A DNA stretch of 64,000 nucleotides from Camelus dromedarius (lineage: Eukaryota), in the NCBI RefSeq assembly GCF_036321535.1, contig NC_087437.1, positions 119,228,001 to 119,292,000 on the forward strand, given 5' to 3'. A program made the position numbers and the translations under genes. Within the stretch, counting starts at the first letter, position 1, and each line of letters starts with the position of its first letter. Below are positions 12,300-26,763 of this stretch, piece by piece. The notes under the pieces were generated by a model. The model was not told the origin of the DNA. It searched no databases and saw only the letters and a list, made by a program, of their open reading frames with translations.

Positions 12300-14260
12300 A
12301 ACCACCAGGAAAACGTTGAGAGAGAAAAATAAGAGACTAGCTCTCCTGGCATTAAAACACACAGAACTTCCATAATTTAAACTGTGTGGTCCCGGCACAG
12401 ACAACTGGTGAACTAAACCAGGACGTCCAGAAGAGACCCCGATACTGGCAGAAACAGTGCGTGACAAAGGTGGCGTCCCAAAGCACTGGGTGAAGATGGG
12501 ATTTTTTTTTTTTTAATGTGGATGTGAGAGGAACCCCAGGTGGAATACAAGCATGACTGCACCATAAGCAGCAAGAACACATCAAGAAACCACCACCCTG
12601 CAGGGGCCAGGAAACAGATCTGACCTGAGAAACTACAGAAAACAGTATCCTGGCTGCACGTAAGTGCCAGAATCTAGTCAGTAAACCTGTTTCTCACAGG
12701 CGCACAGGTTAGCAATTCAGAAAGTACTCTGTGCACACACTAGAACGGATCAAATACGTAAGCCTGTTACAGAGGGTAAGTCCCAGAGGCCTCACTCTGG
12801 GAGAAGGAAGTTAAAGATAAGGAAGGAGGAAGATGAAAATGGACTCTGTGCTGCTGACCTGGAATCCAGGGTATCAGTAAAAAGTCATGGTTTTGAAGAG
12901 ACAGACAGACAGATGTGTGCACATGAATGTGTTAGCATCCACACATATATTTCCTCAGTCTCTCCACTAACAGGGCCCAGAAGCAATGAGACTCCAGCAG
13001 TAATAAGCACACTGGATGCCCAGATCTTGGTTTCTAAACACTTCCCAGGAAAAGGAATCGGGGCGGCTTGCAGAAGTGGACGAATCCAAAGCCAGAGGAG
13101 AAGAAAAGTACAAGATGAGTCAAGAGCAAACATCTTGTAGAACCATAAAGCAAGGGGGGCTAAAAAAAGAGAATATACATACATGAGCACAAGAGGCCAC
13201 GATCAAAAGAGCTTCTAATGGCCAAAACAAAAACAGTTGAAGCAACAAAATAAATAGCGATAGTACTGGATTATAACCCATGGAATAAAGTATCCATGAG
13301 TCCATACCGATGTATATGCCCAATTAAAAATGTAGGTGGAGAAGACGTGGTAGCTCTTTCTTGCAGTAGAATTCCAATGAATAAATGTAGAAGGAGAGAG
13401 AGAAGTAAAAACCATCATTAGGCAAACTCCTCGGAGTCTACTGTTACAGACTAGATATGCAGGTGGATGCCAAAATCAGTGGGCAAAAGTGTAAGGAGTA
13501 ACAGGATTTGAACAGTCTCAAGTATCTCCTCCACACATGTGTTAACTACTGGGGAAAAGTATAAAAGCAGACGTAAGATATAAGAGAAACTGGCGGAAAT
13601 CACCTTCACCAAGGGGTCAAGGCCACCGTCCCCCACCGTCGGCCACAGTGACATCACGAACCCCGTGATGCAGGCCACGGGAGGGGGCACGTCACTTCTG
13701 TGGTTTATACAACTGCAGTCCAACTGTGTGGAAACACCAAATTGAGGGATATTTGGCAAGATAACAATCAATACTCTTTAGAGGTTTCAAGGTCATGAAA
13801 AATAACGAAAGACTGGGGAACTTTCACAGACCGCAGGAGACAAACACAGAGCAACAACACAATACCACGTAGAACCTGAATGGGAACGATAAAAGGAGAC
13901 TGGTGGAAAACCCATGAAATTCAAGTAAGGTCTTCAGTTTAGTTAAAACTTTTCTTAATTTCTTGTACTGTTAAAGCGTTACTGTCATTGCACTGTGACA
14001 TATGGTAACAGGATGCTAATTTCTTACACTGTTATAATGTTAGTATCATTGTACTATGAAATACAGTAACATTGTACCGATGTTAATTTCTCATCCTGTT
14101 ACAATGTTAGTATCGTTGCGCTATGAATTACAGTCACATTGTGCCAATGTTAATTTCTTGGTTCTGATCATTATGCTATGGTTATGTAAGGCTGGGTGAG
14201 GAAAGCATGGAAACTGAATTGTTTTTGCAACTTTTCTCTAAATCTAAAAGCAGTAAAAAC
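12300..14260 (+). mobile_element. Old L1 (L1MC/L1MD-like) 3' region
   Basis: Motifs AAGCAATGAGACTCCAGCAGTAATAAGCACACTGGATGCCCAGATCTTGGTTTCTAAA and the terminal TTTTTGCAACTTTTCTCTAAATCTAAAA; A-rich strand bias. Confidence 0.6.
13955..14165. repeat. Diverged minisatellite, about 3 units of 61-67 bp
   Basis: Units start (T/C)TAATTTCT at 13955, 14016, 14083 and 14150, each with a CTGTTA...GTTA.T.TC.TTG..CT.TGA core. Confidence 0.8.
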
Positions 14261-14399
14261 ATGAGAAGTTTTTTGTTTTTTTAAAGGGAGACTTGCAAGA
14301 AAGCAGCCCACCTTTATTGACTCCATTGGCTACAGGCCTTGCACAGATCTCATCTCATCTTATTTGGAGTGGATGCTGTCTTCCTGACGGAACGTAAAG

Positions 14400-14480
14400 T
14401 TATTCTTTTCCACAGATGAAGCACAGAGAGGTCACAGCCTGCCCAAGGTCACACAGCCCCAGAGCTGCCTTCCAGCCTAA
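14400..14480 (-). mobile_element. MIR SINE fragment
   Basis: CAGATGAAGCACAGAGAGGTCACAGCCTGCCCAAGGTCACACAG. Confidence 0.55.
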
Positions 14481-17251
14481 GCAGTGAACACACAGCTCTT
14501 CTAAGAGGCTCAAGAGGTGCCCTCCCTCCTCAGCACCCCGCGAAGGGCCAATGGGAGTGGAAGCTAGCTTTGGCTGCATTTTAGTTGCCGTTAACACTAC
14601 ACCCACTCTTCCTTCCCCTGAAGTCCCGTCTCGCTGAGGGAATGGGTGAGCGCAAAGAACAACCTGAACTGGCATCCATTCCTGGTTTCTATTGACAATC
14701 TGCAAAGTCATCAGTGAGCCTCCCTTAATGTTGACTCTTTAGAAGCGAAAAACAAAGCACATTAAACAGCTTGTTTGGCCCGGGCTTGGCCGGCTCCCAG
14801 GTAGGGAAGGCCTGTGTCCAGACGCGGTGACGCGCATTGCCAGTGCTTCTCCCCCTCCAGCGACGATTTTCTAACAGAACCTGCCATATTCAGGCCCCGA
14901 CCGCCGCCTGGCCCGAGCCAGCCATGCACTGGGCCCCGGGTGGGCTGTGCCTGGACAGACAGGACTCTGGCCTCTGCTTCCCTTACAATCCCAGGAGCTG
15001 ATGCGGGCACCAGTGCACACTTGGTGCCGCTGTGGTGGGGCTGGGGCAGCATCCTTCACAGAATGGGGCGATCAGGGAACTTTGCACTGAAATCTGAAAT
15101 ACTGACAGAAGTTAAATCAGAAGAAAAGCGAAGTAAGTGTTGGAGACACACGGAATGTCCTATGGGAAGGTCTCTCACAGGAAAGGACCCTGAATGTTTG
15201 AGCAACAGAAAGGAGATTGGTCTAGGGGATCAGGGTGGAGGGCACAGGGAGGGGCAGGTCCTCGACCCTGACCCAAGTTTGCCTTCCCGTTCTTACCAGA
15301 CGATTTCTTATATAGTGGCCACTGGTGGTCAAGGAGTTTGGGTTTTTGTGAGCAGCATTCAAACAAAGCTCATTATAGAACAAGAAAACTCTCAAGTCTT
15401 GTCACTTTGTTTACTTTTTAAATTGCCGAAGCTCACATACAAGTCAGAGCTATTAATAACATGTTCTAAGTTCACACAGCCACCTTTTTTTTTTAATGAA
15501 GACCACAAATTGTCCTACAGTCTTGGTCATTCACATTTAGAACATTCCTTTGAAAAAATCATGGGGCAAAGGACTAAAGAAATAAACAGCTTCAGTGACC
15601 CTCCTAGCCGGGCCTGGGCCTGCTCGAATGGCCCATTTCCAGCCCAGCCCAGAACATGGCCCTCATGGGGGGACCCATGCCCCCAACAGCATTGGCCCGG
15701 GGAAGGAGGGGTTGTCCAGCCCCATGGCAGGAGTCACAGGGCTGCGGTCACACGGGCTTCAAGAGCTGGTGCCCTGTTGTGGAAACTGCAACCCCGGGGC
15801 TTCCAGGTGGGTGTTGAGGGCATGGGCCTTGCTGGGTGACTGCCTGCCACCCCAAACCACTCTGCAAATAGGAGAACTACAGAGCTGTTGCCTCTGGGTA
15901 TTAGGGTGTTAGCTCCCAGTCTGGTGGCGGACACGAGTTCCTAGTCTAGTGACTGAACCAGTTCTGGGATCTTGCTGCTCTCCGGGACGGGCCTGCACTC
16001 AGGTCAGCGGGAAGGCGGTGTCCGCAGCGCCAGGCTGGAGGGCGCTGCTGGGCGGGGGGCTCTGGCTGCCTGACTGCTGGTCGGCTTGCGGACACTGTGT
16101 ATCCAGGAGCTTCTCAGGAGTGAGGAGCTAGCTTGGAGAGCCTGTGAAAAATCCAGCCAGCTCCCTGCACCCCACCCCCACCTTACTAAGTCTGAAGTGG
16201 GGGGCGGCGGGGGCTGCATGTGTATGTTTTCAAAGCCCTCTAGGCAATTTGCCAGCGTTTCCCAAACACCAGGCACCTGCCTGACCAGCTGGCAGAGCAG
16301 CCATGGTCTCCTCTCCTCTCCAACTCCCCATCCTACCTAGTTATTCCGAGTGAGAGTCAAAATCCCTGGGGGCCCACTGACACAGAGAACCTGGGGTCCC
16401 TGGGGTCAAAGGAGACTCTGCACGCTGGTGACCATTCCTCAGATCCCGGGAGATAGGAGCCCCAACGTTAGGGATGCTAGGTGCAGCAACTGCACCCTTT
16501 TATCCTGTTGTGCTGGACCTCAGCTAAAGGGAACATCTGGGTCTCAAAGTCACATCTGTTGCCCACAAGGGAACATGGCTACAGGTGTGGATGGAGCATG
16601 AAGGCCCTCAGCCCAGGGTCCAGGTCAGCCCCGACAAGTCTCTCCCGCTGATGGCCTCTGTCTTCCATTCTGGAGAAGGAAGAGTCTCCTTGAGAAGAGT
16701 TTAGGGTTCCTTTCAGCCTTAAAATGTGAGCTGGGGTAAAACAGAAGGGGGAGGAGTCACTGTCTCCATTCAGTAGAGAATTGCACCTTGCACAGAAGAT
16801 GGGAGGCAACCGGGTTACTGCCATTGGGTCCCCAGCCCCCCAGTGACAGGCAGAGCAGTGGTCTCCTTCCAGGCCAGGGCAGAAGGCTAACAGGACAGGG
16901 GGCGGGAGGAGGCAGGAGGGGCCCATAAGCTGTGGCTGTCTGGGCCGAGTGCGGGCTTGGAGTGTCCACCCTAATCGGGGATTAGTGGGAACTGAGCCGG
17001 AGAGAGGGCAGAGGGAGACTCCCACAGGGCTGGCTGCCGGGTCAGGACACCCACTCATGAAGCACGGGGGCCTGCCCACCCACACTGTCATTAGCGCCAC
17101 CGTGGTGACCGCCCAGGACAGGGGAGGGTGTGTCCCAAGTCAGTAGCAGGATTTACCCAGATCCTATCAGTCTGCAAAACCTTCCATCTGAATTCAAATC
17201 AAGCAACGTTTCCGGGCACCATGGAGAGTGGAGTGACATCCCTCCCCCTCA

Positions 17252-17284
<33 letters not shown>

Positions 17285-17351
17285 CACACACACACACACG
17301 CACACACGCACACGCGCACACGCACGCACACACACGCACACACGCACACAC
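17252..17351. repeat. Compound (CA)n/(CG) microsatellite
   Basis: About 100 bp of CACACA with interspersed CG; gives the HT-repeat ORFs in the track. Confidence 0.95.
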
Positions 17352-18719
17352 AAACCACCTGACACCACAATCAGACCCAATCTACTCTCTGCAAAACTGT
17401 CAGAGAAGACTCAGGGCTGCTTTGTGCTTAAACCGGTACATTATTGCCCCTTCCGGGCAAGAGTTCTGGAAAAACTGGTGTGTAAGGCTCTGCAGTGCAC
17501 GGTGAACATCAGAGAACAGAGAATATGCAACCAAGCCAAGTCTCGCCCCATCCCCTGAGCGGAGCCCCTCCCCTCTCCCACACAAAGATTCAAGTGCGTG
17601 GGGTGAAAGGTTTTCGTCAGAAACCTTCAGGTGTTTTCTTCTGTTCTTATCGTTAAGACCAGCTGCAAATTCCCGAGCAGGGATTTCCTCCTTTCTCTCT
17701 CAGCCTCTGGCACGCGGGTAACCGGCAAGCATTCTGTCTACAGCAATCACAGGTTCTCAGCCAATCAGAAAAGGCCAGGGAATGAGGCAGACTGGTTTAA
17801 GCAGGACTCTCCCAAACTTATAGGGGAGAGGGTCATGTGTCTGCCTGACTCTGTGAGGATTCCCAGGGTGACAGCCACCACCCTCCAGACCAGTCATCCT
17901 ACACACACACCTTTTACAACTCATGGAAGCCTGAGAATCAGAACTGGTGGCCCACATCATGTCCCCTGTCTCATCCAGCTGGGACAAGACTTTCATCCAC
18001 TCACAGCTCCAGTCTGCAGCACTCAGCCCCAGAACCCAGGCCCCTGATCAACCCGGGGTCAGTGACAGAGCTTCGCGGGGAAACGAATCTGTGTTTTCTC
18101 ACATGGATGAGGTCACATGGCTTTAGGGCTCCCATGAGAGATGGGGTGGGTCCTCTGGAGAGTGGTCCGCTTCTGGCAGCTGGAACACCGATTCTAGATG
18201 CCAAGACAGACCACCATCAAATGACCTTGAAGGCTTTTTTCACCCAAAAGTTATGGTCATTTTTCTCAGAGTGCAGAACATGGTCTTTGGTTGGATTTAT
18301 CTCATTCACACTCAAAGCTTTTTGAGCTTTTAAAAACCCATGGCTACGTGAGTCAAGGCCAGGGCACAAAGACCAGGCAGAGGGCCCACCGTGGAATATT
18401 TTGAAGGTTGATGGTCCAGACACACAGCATTCGCTATTTCCAAAGCAAAAGGTCACAGGCTTCTCCACCGAGTTCCCAAGCAGGTGTGGGAACATGCATA
18501 GTTGGGAGCAGGGAGGGCCAGCAAAGGCTGCAAGGTACTGCCCCAGGCCCACCAGGCCCGAATTCCTCCTATAGAATTCCTGGAAATAGAGGACGTCAGG
18601 AGCCTGTCATTAAACCAAGATGTCTTATTAAAAATAAGTCTCCAAGTCATTAACCAGAGAAGGAACATAATCACAGGAGCAGCAGGCAGCAGAGTTCAGT
18701 CATAAGCCCCTGAGTTTGG

Positions 18720-18910
18720 AGGGAGTGCGTAGCTGGGTTCAAATCCCAGCTGTGCGACCCACAAGCTGTGTGACCTTGGGCAGGTTACTTAATCTCTGTT
18801 TCCCCACCTGTAAAATTTGACAATGCCTCTGTCCCAGGCATTGAGAGGATTCAGAGACGACATATGTACGGAAAACCCCCAATACAACGCCTGGTGAGTG
18901 GCTGGCCCTC
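18720..18910 (+). mobile_element. MIR SINE
   Basis: GGGTTCAAATCCCAGCT...GCTGTGTGACCTTGGGCAGGTTACTTAATCTCTGTTTCCCCACCTGTAAAAT core. Confidence 0.75.
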
Positions 18911-19329
18911 AACGGTCACTAATTTTAAACACCAAGGAACACAAAATTTTGGAAATAGATTCTGGGTGAAATTCAGCTCTACAGATGAAAGCATATTTGG
19001 CTCACAGTTACTCAGGTATCAGGTGCAAAAAGCACTTGTGTCAAACTGAGTATGGGAATCCACCCAGGACTCCAGGAAGGGCAGGGTGAGCTAGAAGGGG
19101 GAATGGGTCCCTGGACAAGTCTTTCCAACAGCCAGTCTGTCCCTCTGGTGGAGCCTATGGCCGGGCACACCTTGCATTTGGTGAATAAAATCTATAATCA
19201 TTTTGTCTGATTCCCCATCAGGGGTCCCGGGTCTCCAGGGTCTTTCTCCTAACTTTCAAGGATGCTCTGACGCTTGAATCTGCCAAGGGCTGTGGCGAGG
19301 CTCCAGGGAAGAAGAGCTCTGCCCTGAAC

Positions 19330-20490
<1,161 letters not shown>

Positions 20491-23400
20491 TGGAAGGGTG
20501 ATTTCTAGGATTACCGTCTGCCCACCGGCAAGACGGTGTCTGGCTTTAACATATTTGGAAAGTCCCTAGAAATCCAGAACTCACACCCTGAAGTCAGGAG
20601 GCCCCGGAGCCACGCTTTAAGAGCTACCACGACCAGTCCAAGAAGGGTCTCAGAAAAATGCTCATTAAGAAGTTTGTATGTGTGCACGCTGTGTGACACG
20701 GCCCCTGCGCTCCTCCCCTTGCAGAATCAGTCCCCATCGTTTGAAAATGCCTCAAAACATGGCCCTGAGATTCTCCAAAACCTAATGAAAAGCCTGAATC
20801 ACAAAACAGTGATTTGCTTTTACTTCTGCACTGTGTGAAGGGGATCCGACCTTGAACTGGGTTGACTAGACGGGGCCCTGAGCCTTCTCTTTCCTAGCTA
20901 GGGTCTGCCTGTCTGGTTGGTAACATCAGTGGGAATTCTGGCCCTGCCACTGCACTGGGTAAGGAGAAGCCTTCCGACCTGGCTCAGAGGGGATATTGCT
21001 AAGAAGACGGGCTAGTTTTGCAGATGGAGATTAGGCTCTAGATCTGGTTCAGAGGCTGGTGGCATTTATTGACACCTATTATGCAAATACCCTGAGAATA
21101 GCAGAGCAAGGAGAACCACAGATGTTGTAATGGATCTGCTGTACCAAGTATCAAAGATGAGGGTGAGGTGCCAGGCTAGAAAGGGGGAGGTTGGTTTAAT
21201 GGCATATGAAGAAGTGTGTGTGTGCGCGTGCATGCGCGCGCAAAGGCCCTGAGACCTCCGTACAGCTCAGTGCCCCAAGACATAGAGTGTGAGGGGGTGC
21301 TGTGAGGGTTGGAGGCCGTCAGTGGGTGGTCTGGAGGCTGCTGCTGGTCCTAAATTCTGGGTAGTAGAGTGTGCAAAGGGGAACCAACAACCTGTCTTAA
21401 ACACAGAGTGAGAACATTGAGTTTTACAAACATCACTCCAAGCAGCAAGTGGAGGCTGAGCTGGAAGGAAGTGGCAGGGGGTCAGAGAGACCAGCTAGAA
21501 GGAGACCCAAGGGCCCATGAGAAGGACTTAAAGGAGACCGAGTGCGTGGAGAGAACGGGCCCTGACAGGAGAGGCTATTCCCGGCTTAGAGACGGGAGGT
21601 GAGGAAGAGGGTGGGTGAGTCTGGTGTTGCGGGAGCAGCGGGAGTGAGAAGGAGTTGACCTCCAAGGGCCTGATTTTCTTTGAGAGGGAAGGAGTTGGGA
21701 GGCAGAGGGACCAAGAGCCCGAGCGGGAAACAGAAAGGGAAGGAGGCAGGGAGGTGAATTCTTCGGGTTTCCCAGGTGAGCTGGGGTGGAGGCCCAGCCC
21801 TTCCTGGACAGGTCTGATGTTGGACCGTGGAAACAGAATGATCTTATCACCCTCCTGCCTGTTATCTGTCCCTTACAGCTAGCTCTCCTCCAGGCCACAG
21901 GCTGCTGAGGGTTGGGAGGAACTGCTCTCCTTTTCTTGGAAGTCCCTTCTTCTTTGGAGGTAACATTAATTATTTTCTGATCTGTAGCCAGATCTATGCA
22001 GCTGAATAATTTGAATCATGCTGGCCCTCCTGCCTGAATAACCAGGACAACTAGATACCCAGGGCTCCAGTCTCCCTGTTGTAGTACGAGGGACATGCGC
22101 ATGTGCACTGGCTGTGGCCACCTTGGCAGGAAGGAGACAGCCCTTCCTGATCCCGTGTGACTGGTGGAACCAGTCTCATTCCTCTGCAGCCGTGTCTCCC
22201 TGGCATGCTCACCCCACCGGCTCATTTAGAGGCTTGTAACAGACTGTAAACTAACAACCACCCACGTCTGGAATTTGTCACCCTGTTGTGAGGTTTTTCA
22301 AAGGGACGGTAAACATCTAAGTATTGAATTACTCTGCATAGAAGCAAATTGAGGGAAAATTGAGGGCTTATGGGGAAATGCCCTTGGCCAAAACCCTCAG
22401 GAGGAACTCAAACACCTGGTAAAGCCAGGAAAGAGCAGGCCCCCTGCCCCGTTCATCCAGCACGTGGAGGACACTGGACGGCTCAGCTCTCCGGGAAGAG
22501 CAGCAGTTCCCCCCAACCTGGTGGCATTCCTGCTCCCAGCCCGCTGCCCTCTCCTCCACCCCATAACCCTTCAACCCAAGGAGCCCAACGGCAGCTCTGC
22601 ACAGGAAAGACTCATCACCCACCAGGCCGTGATAGGTCGGGGACCATCGCACTGTACAGCAGCGATTTGCTTCTGCGAGCAGGCTGGGGGGTGGGGGTGG
22701 GTCTCAGGTCCTGGTTGCAGGGGAGAGGAACACAGGGGCCGGCTTTTGTTCCCGAGCCAGGCTTTCATTCTGTGGTTCAATGGAAACCATCATCAGATCA
22801 GGGACCCATCAGAGGCAGCCACCTGCCTGGAATTCTCTGGAAGGCATGGCTCTGAACCTTGGATCCACTGGGACCCGTGGCGGCAGAGAAGAAACAGCAG
22901 AAACTGTGTCTCCGGGTTCCTCTTCGGAGCGCTCTGCAGTGGCTGGCTGTGAGCCTGCGCGCGGGAAGCGGGAGTCAAGGCTCTGTTGCTCCATGTGGTG
23001 CCTCATCCCCGCATCCACCAGGGAAGTATATTAACGTCTCCCTCTCCCACGCCCAGCAGTTTCCATGATGAGTTACGTTTTCAAAAATTAATTAAATATG
23101 CCCAATGTCATCTCTGTTTCATGACTATACACAAAGTTAACTTCTTAGTACTAGAAACTCATTCATTACCATTGAATTATCTATTGACAGGTTTTTTAAA
23201 AGACTTAATAAAAAAGTGGGATATATACTTAAATACTCACAAAAAATTTCATTAAATTTCCACTTAATTACCTTAAATTTCTAGAAGCGGGAAGGGGGAG
23301 GCCCAGGAAGTTTCTAGTTTGTCACTAACTCGGCGAGGACACTTCTCCATCACCCCTCACCCCGCAGTTTGCATGATGATGGTGATGACGATGGCTACTG

Positions 23401-23984
23401 CTGGAACTATCAGCCTGTGTCCCCACTGCCCCGGGGACGGGGACGGAGCCTGGGCCCCAGCGGGGCTGCAGTGAGCGACCTGTGGACACAAACGTGCGGC
23501 TTCCTTTGGCCGCACTTGACAGAAGACATTCCGAGAATTCCTTCCTAGCAAACGTTTGGCTCCCCGCCCTCAGCAGAGGGGCCTGCAGGGATATCTGACC
23601 GGTCTCCTTGGCTGCACTGGGAGGGCTAGTTGTTTCCACAGTAGGAGGCTGAGGGGATGGAGCTGGGGGCCATTTCCTGTCGTGCCTGTGGGAGGTAGGG
23701 GGGTTGGGGGGGCGGGATGCTGGGGGGCTGAGCCAGACTGGGCCTCCCCTCAGTGGAGGCCTCTGATCCTCCTGCTGGTCATGCTCTTGATTTTGTGATG
23801 GCTTCCCTGGGAGAAAGGCAGCATCTCTGCATAAACGGAGTTACCATCCTGGGAGCCTCCTCTGTGAGGCTGTCACTGGGCGTCCTTGGGGTGGGGTCCC
23901 CATACACGCACTCAGTGTGTTGCCAGTGACACGGCGGATCAGTACCACTTGAGGCGCTCATGGCAATACGCGAAGGATGGCATC

Positions 23985-24115
23985 ACCCCATGTTAGAAGT
24001 GAGGAAGCTGCGTTCAGAGAGGTTGAGTCATTTGCCCAAGGCCACACAGGGAGAAAACAGCAGAGTCCGAGTTTGACCCCAAGTGGTGCAGACCTCAAAG
24101 CCCAAGTTCTTTCCA
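23985..24115 (-). mobile_element. MIR SINE fragment
   Basis: GAGGAAGCTGCGTTCAGAGAGGTTGAGTCATTTGCCCAAGGCCACACAG. Confidence 0.65.
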
Positions 24116-24229
24116 TCAACTTTTATAAAGCAAACAAATTCTGCTAAAAATAGAAAAATGTTAATAGCTAGAAATGAAGGGTCCCATTTCTCCCATGCTC
24201 AGGCAGAGATCTGTCGAAAGAAGAATTGC

Positions 24230-24283
24230 CTTTTGTGTCCTGAAGTCTAGGAGATGCTTTTGTGTCCTGAAGTCTAGGAGATG
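24230..24283. repeat. Perfect 27-bp tandem duplication
   Basis: CTTTTGTGTCCTGAAGTCTAGGAGATG occurs twice (24230-24256 and 24257-24283). Confidence 0.95.
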
Positions 24284-25523
24284 TGGATTCTTTCAGACCC
24301 AGAGGGGAAGGAAGTTCATTTAAGGTTCATTCACACAAGAGGGACTTGTCTGGAGCTTCTGCTGGGTCCCAAGCCCTTTCTGGGGAAGACACATGAACCT
24401 GCCCCAGTGCCCGCTGTGGAGGTGGCTGGAGGGGGAGAGTCCCAGCCCTCTCCCGCCTCACCCCTGCAGGGCCTTCAGGCCGCTCACCTCTCACCCGAAG
24501 GGGGAGCAGTCAACAGGATGTGCTGTCACTCCCCGGTGACCTCACGCGGTGACGCAGGGTCAGACGCAGGGCCTGGCAGCCGGCTGCTGGCCGGCCCACC
24601 TGCCAGGAGCCTGCCCTGGCCACCTTGATGACGCTGCCCCTGTGACTCCGTGCCCACACCAGGTGGACAGAGGAATGTGACCCAGATGGCAGCTCGGTCC
24701 CAGCCAGGTGGCTCAGTTAAGCCTCCTGTGTGTCTGCCTGAGAGCAGGGTGATTGGGCACGTTTGCTGGCACCCAAGGTCTGGGCCTATATATGAGTGAA
24801 GCTATTTAACCATATTTTTTTATATGCTGAAAAAGTCCTTCTGAAGAGGTAGTCACCCACACTGTGTGTTGTCCCTGACTCAAAACAATGCTGACCTGAA
24901 CGTCCACTGCTAGCTGAAGTCACACAGCTGGAGAATCAGATGTGTCCACCATAGAGAGGTCAGGTTCATAGAGAGGAGTGGTGGCCTGGCGGGAGGGCGC
25001 ACTGAGGGGTGGAGAGAAGGCACTGAAGACAGACCATCCCTCTGCCACCTTGTTGCAACTTTGCTGTGACCTGCATCAGAGGCTCCAGCTGGGGGTGGTC
25101 GCCTTGGGGCCATCTTGTTGGGGACAGACTCCTGGGCACTGCTCTGAGCTTCTCAGAACCCTCCAGATATGCCTCTTGGGTCCCACTGACTGGCCATTCC
25201 CGGTGCTGACTTCAGAATAAGCTGGATTTGATGTATGGGGTGGCACCGGGCACGCTCATGGCTGGTCCCAAGCCCCCGAGCTGGAGGGGGGCTGTGGCTC
25301 TGGCGTCCAGGATGGGAGCCCTGGAAGCTCCTCCCCCACCCCGTCAAGGCGCATTCCATGTCATCAACATCTGCCTTCATTTGGGCCCCAAATTTTCCTT
25401 TGCATTATGTGCTTTTTTTTTTTTTTTTTTTTTTTTGGAAGAGGCTTCCTGGTCACCAGGATAGAATCAGCTAAGTATCTGGAGGGACACGTGGCCTCTG
25501 AGAGTTGAAGGAAACTACTATTA

Positions 25524-25847
25524 CTTTTTAACTTTTATTTTTTATTGAAGTGTAGCCAGTGGCTTCTGGTGCACAGCATCATGTTTTAGTCATACACACA
25601 CATGCGTGTGTTCGTTTTCATATGCCTTTTCATTATAGGTTATTACAAGATGTTGAATGTAGTTCCCCGCGCTGCACGGAAGAAACCTGTTGTTTGCCTA
25701 TTTTATGTGCACTATAGTTAATGTGCACAGATTTCGAACTCCCAGTTTACGCCTCCCTACTCCCTTTCCCCGGTGACCACAGTCCTGTTTACTGTGTCTG
25801 TGAGCCTGTTTCTGTTCTGCAGATGAGTTCATGAGGGTCTTCTTTTT
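25524..25847 (-). mobile_element. 5'-truncated L1 3' end with perfect 16-bp TSD
   Basis: AAGGAAACTACTATTA at 25508-25523 and 25848-25863 flanks an antisense L1 3'UTR (TTTTATTGAAGTGTAG...TTATTACAAGATGTTGAATGTAGTTCCCCGCGCTG). Confidence 0.85.
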
Positions 25848-26661
25848 AAGGAAACTACTATTAAAGGGCTTTAAAAACCACCCGAGAACACCCGTTTACC
25901 TGCAAATAATTAATGTGCTAATTACAAACGATATTATCTATCCCAGTGGCTCGCCAAGGAGTCCAATGAGACAAAGTAAACAATTTTGCTGGTCCAGAAA
26001 ATACTGGAGTCTGGAAGCAATGGATCTAGTGATGAAGGAGGAAAACACAAGTGCCTTCGGCTTGCTGGGCAGGGACGATGTGGGCTAGGGTGGTGGAGCT
26101 GGACTGGAATCCGGGTGGTCCCGAATGGGACCCTTCCTGTGACACCTGTGGAATGTCCCACCAATTTTCCCACCGACTTACTGCAGTATCTCATTTTTCA
26201 CCAGTTCTGACCGTGCCGGCGTCACCCCATGTGGCTCAGGGTAGGGGATGTGACTGCACCTGTGAGCACCTGCGGTCATCACGGGCGTTCTCCTGGTGCA
26301 TCATTTTTGGCAGAGTCACCTTCTGGAGGCTCTGCTGGCTCCCCCTCAGGGAGCCCGGCTGAGCCCAGGGATGGGGGAGCCAGCCGGCAGAGGAGGGGGA
26401 CACTCCCTACGACCCCAGCTTCCCTCCCCAACAGCCTGACTCTCCTGGAGGGAGGGGGTCACAGAGATGAAGCAGGAAGTCTGGGGAGGGAAGTACTCTG
26501 GCTCTTTCCCTGGTGATGGGAAGGCGGCAGCTGATGGGGCCCCAGGGGAGAAAATGGTCCTGCTTCAGCCCCGCCTTTTCTGTTTGTTCAAACACAGGAT
26601 AGTCCTGCCTCGAGGGTGTTCGAAGCACTGCAGTTCCTGATTATTCATACATGTATGTTTT

Positions 26662-26707
26662 AATATTTTTTAAAAATTGATTTACAGTGTTTCAGGTGTA
26701 TAGTAAA

Positions 26708-26763
<56 letters not shown>

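Noticed and set aside
13955..14165. Regularly spaced repeats resembling a CRISPR array
   Set aside because: Whole units are homologous with no unique spacers, the context is mammalian, and there are no cas genes. It is a minisatellite.
23066..23072. ATGATGA box C-like motif suggesting a C/D snoRNA
   Set aside because: No box D (CTGA) or terminal stem at a suitable distance, and it is not inside a host-gene intron.
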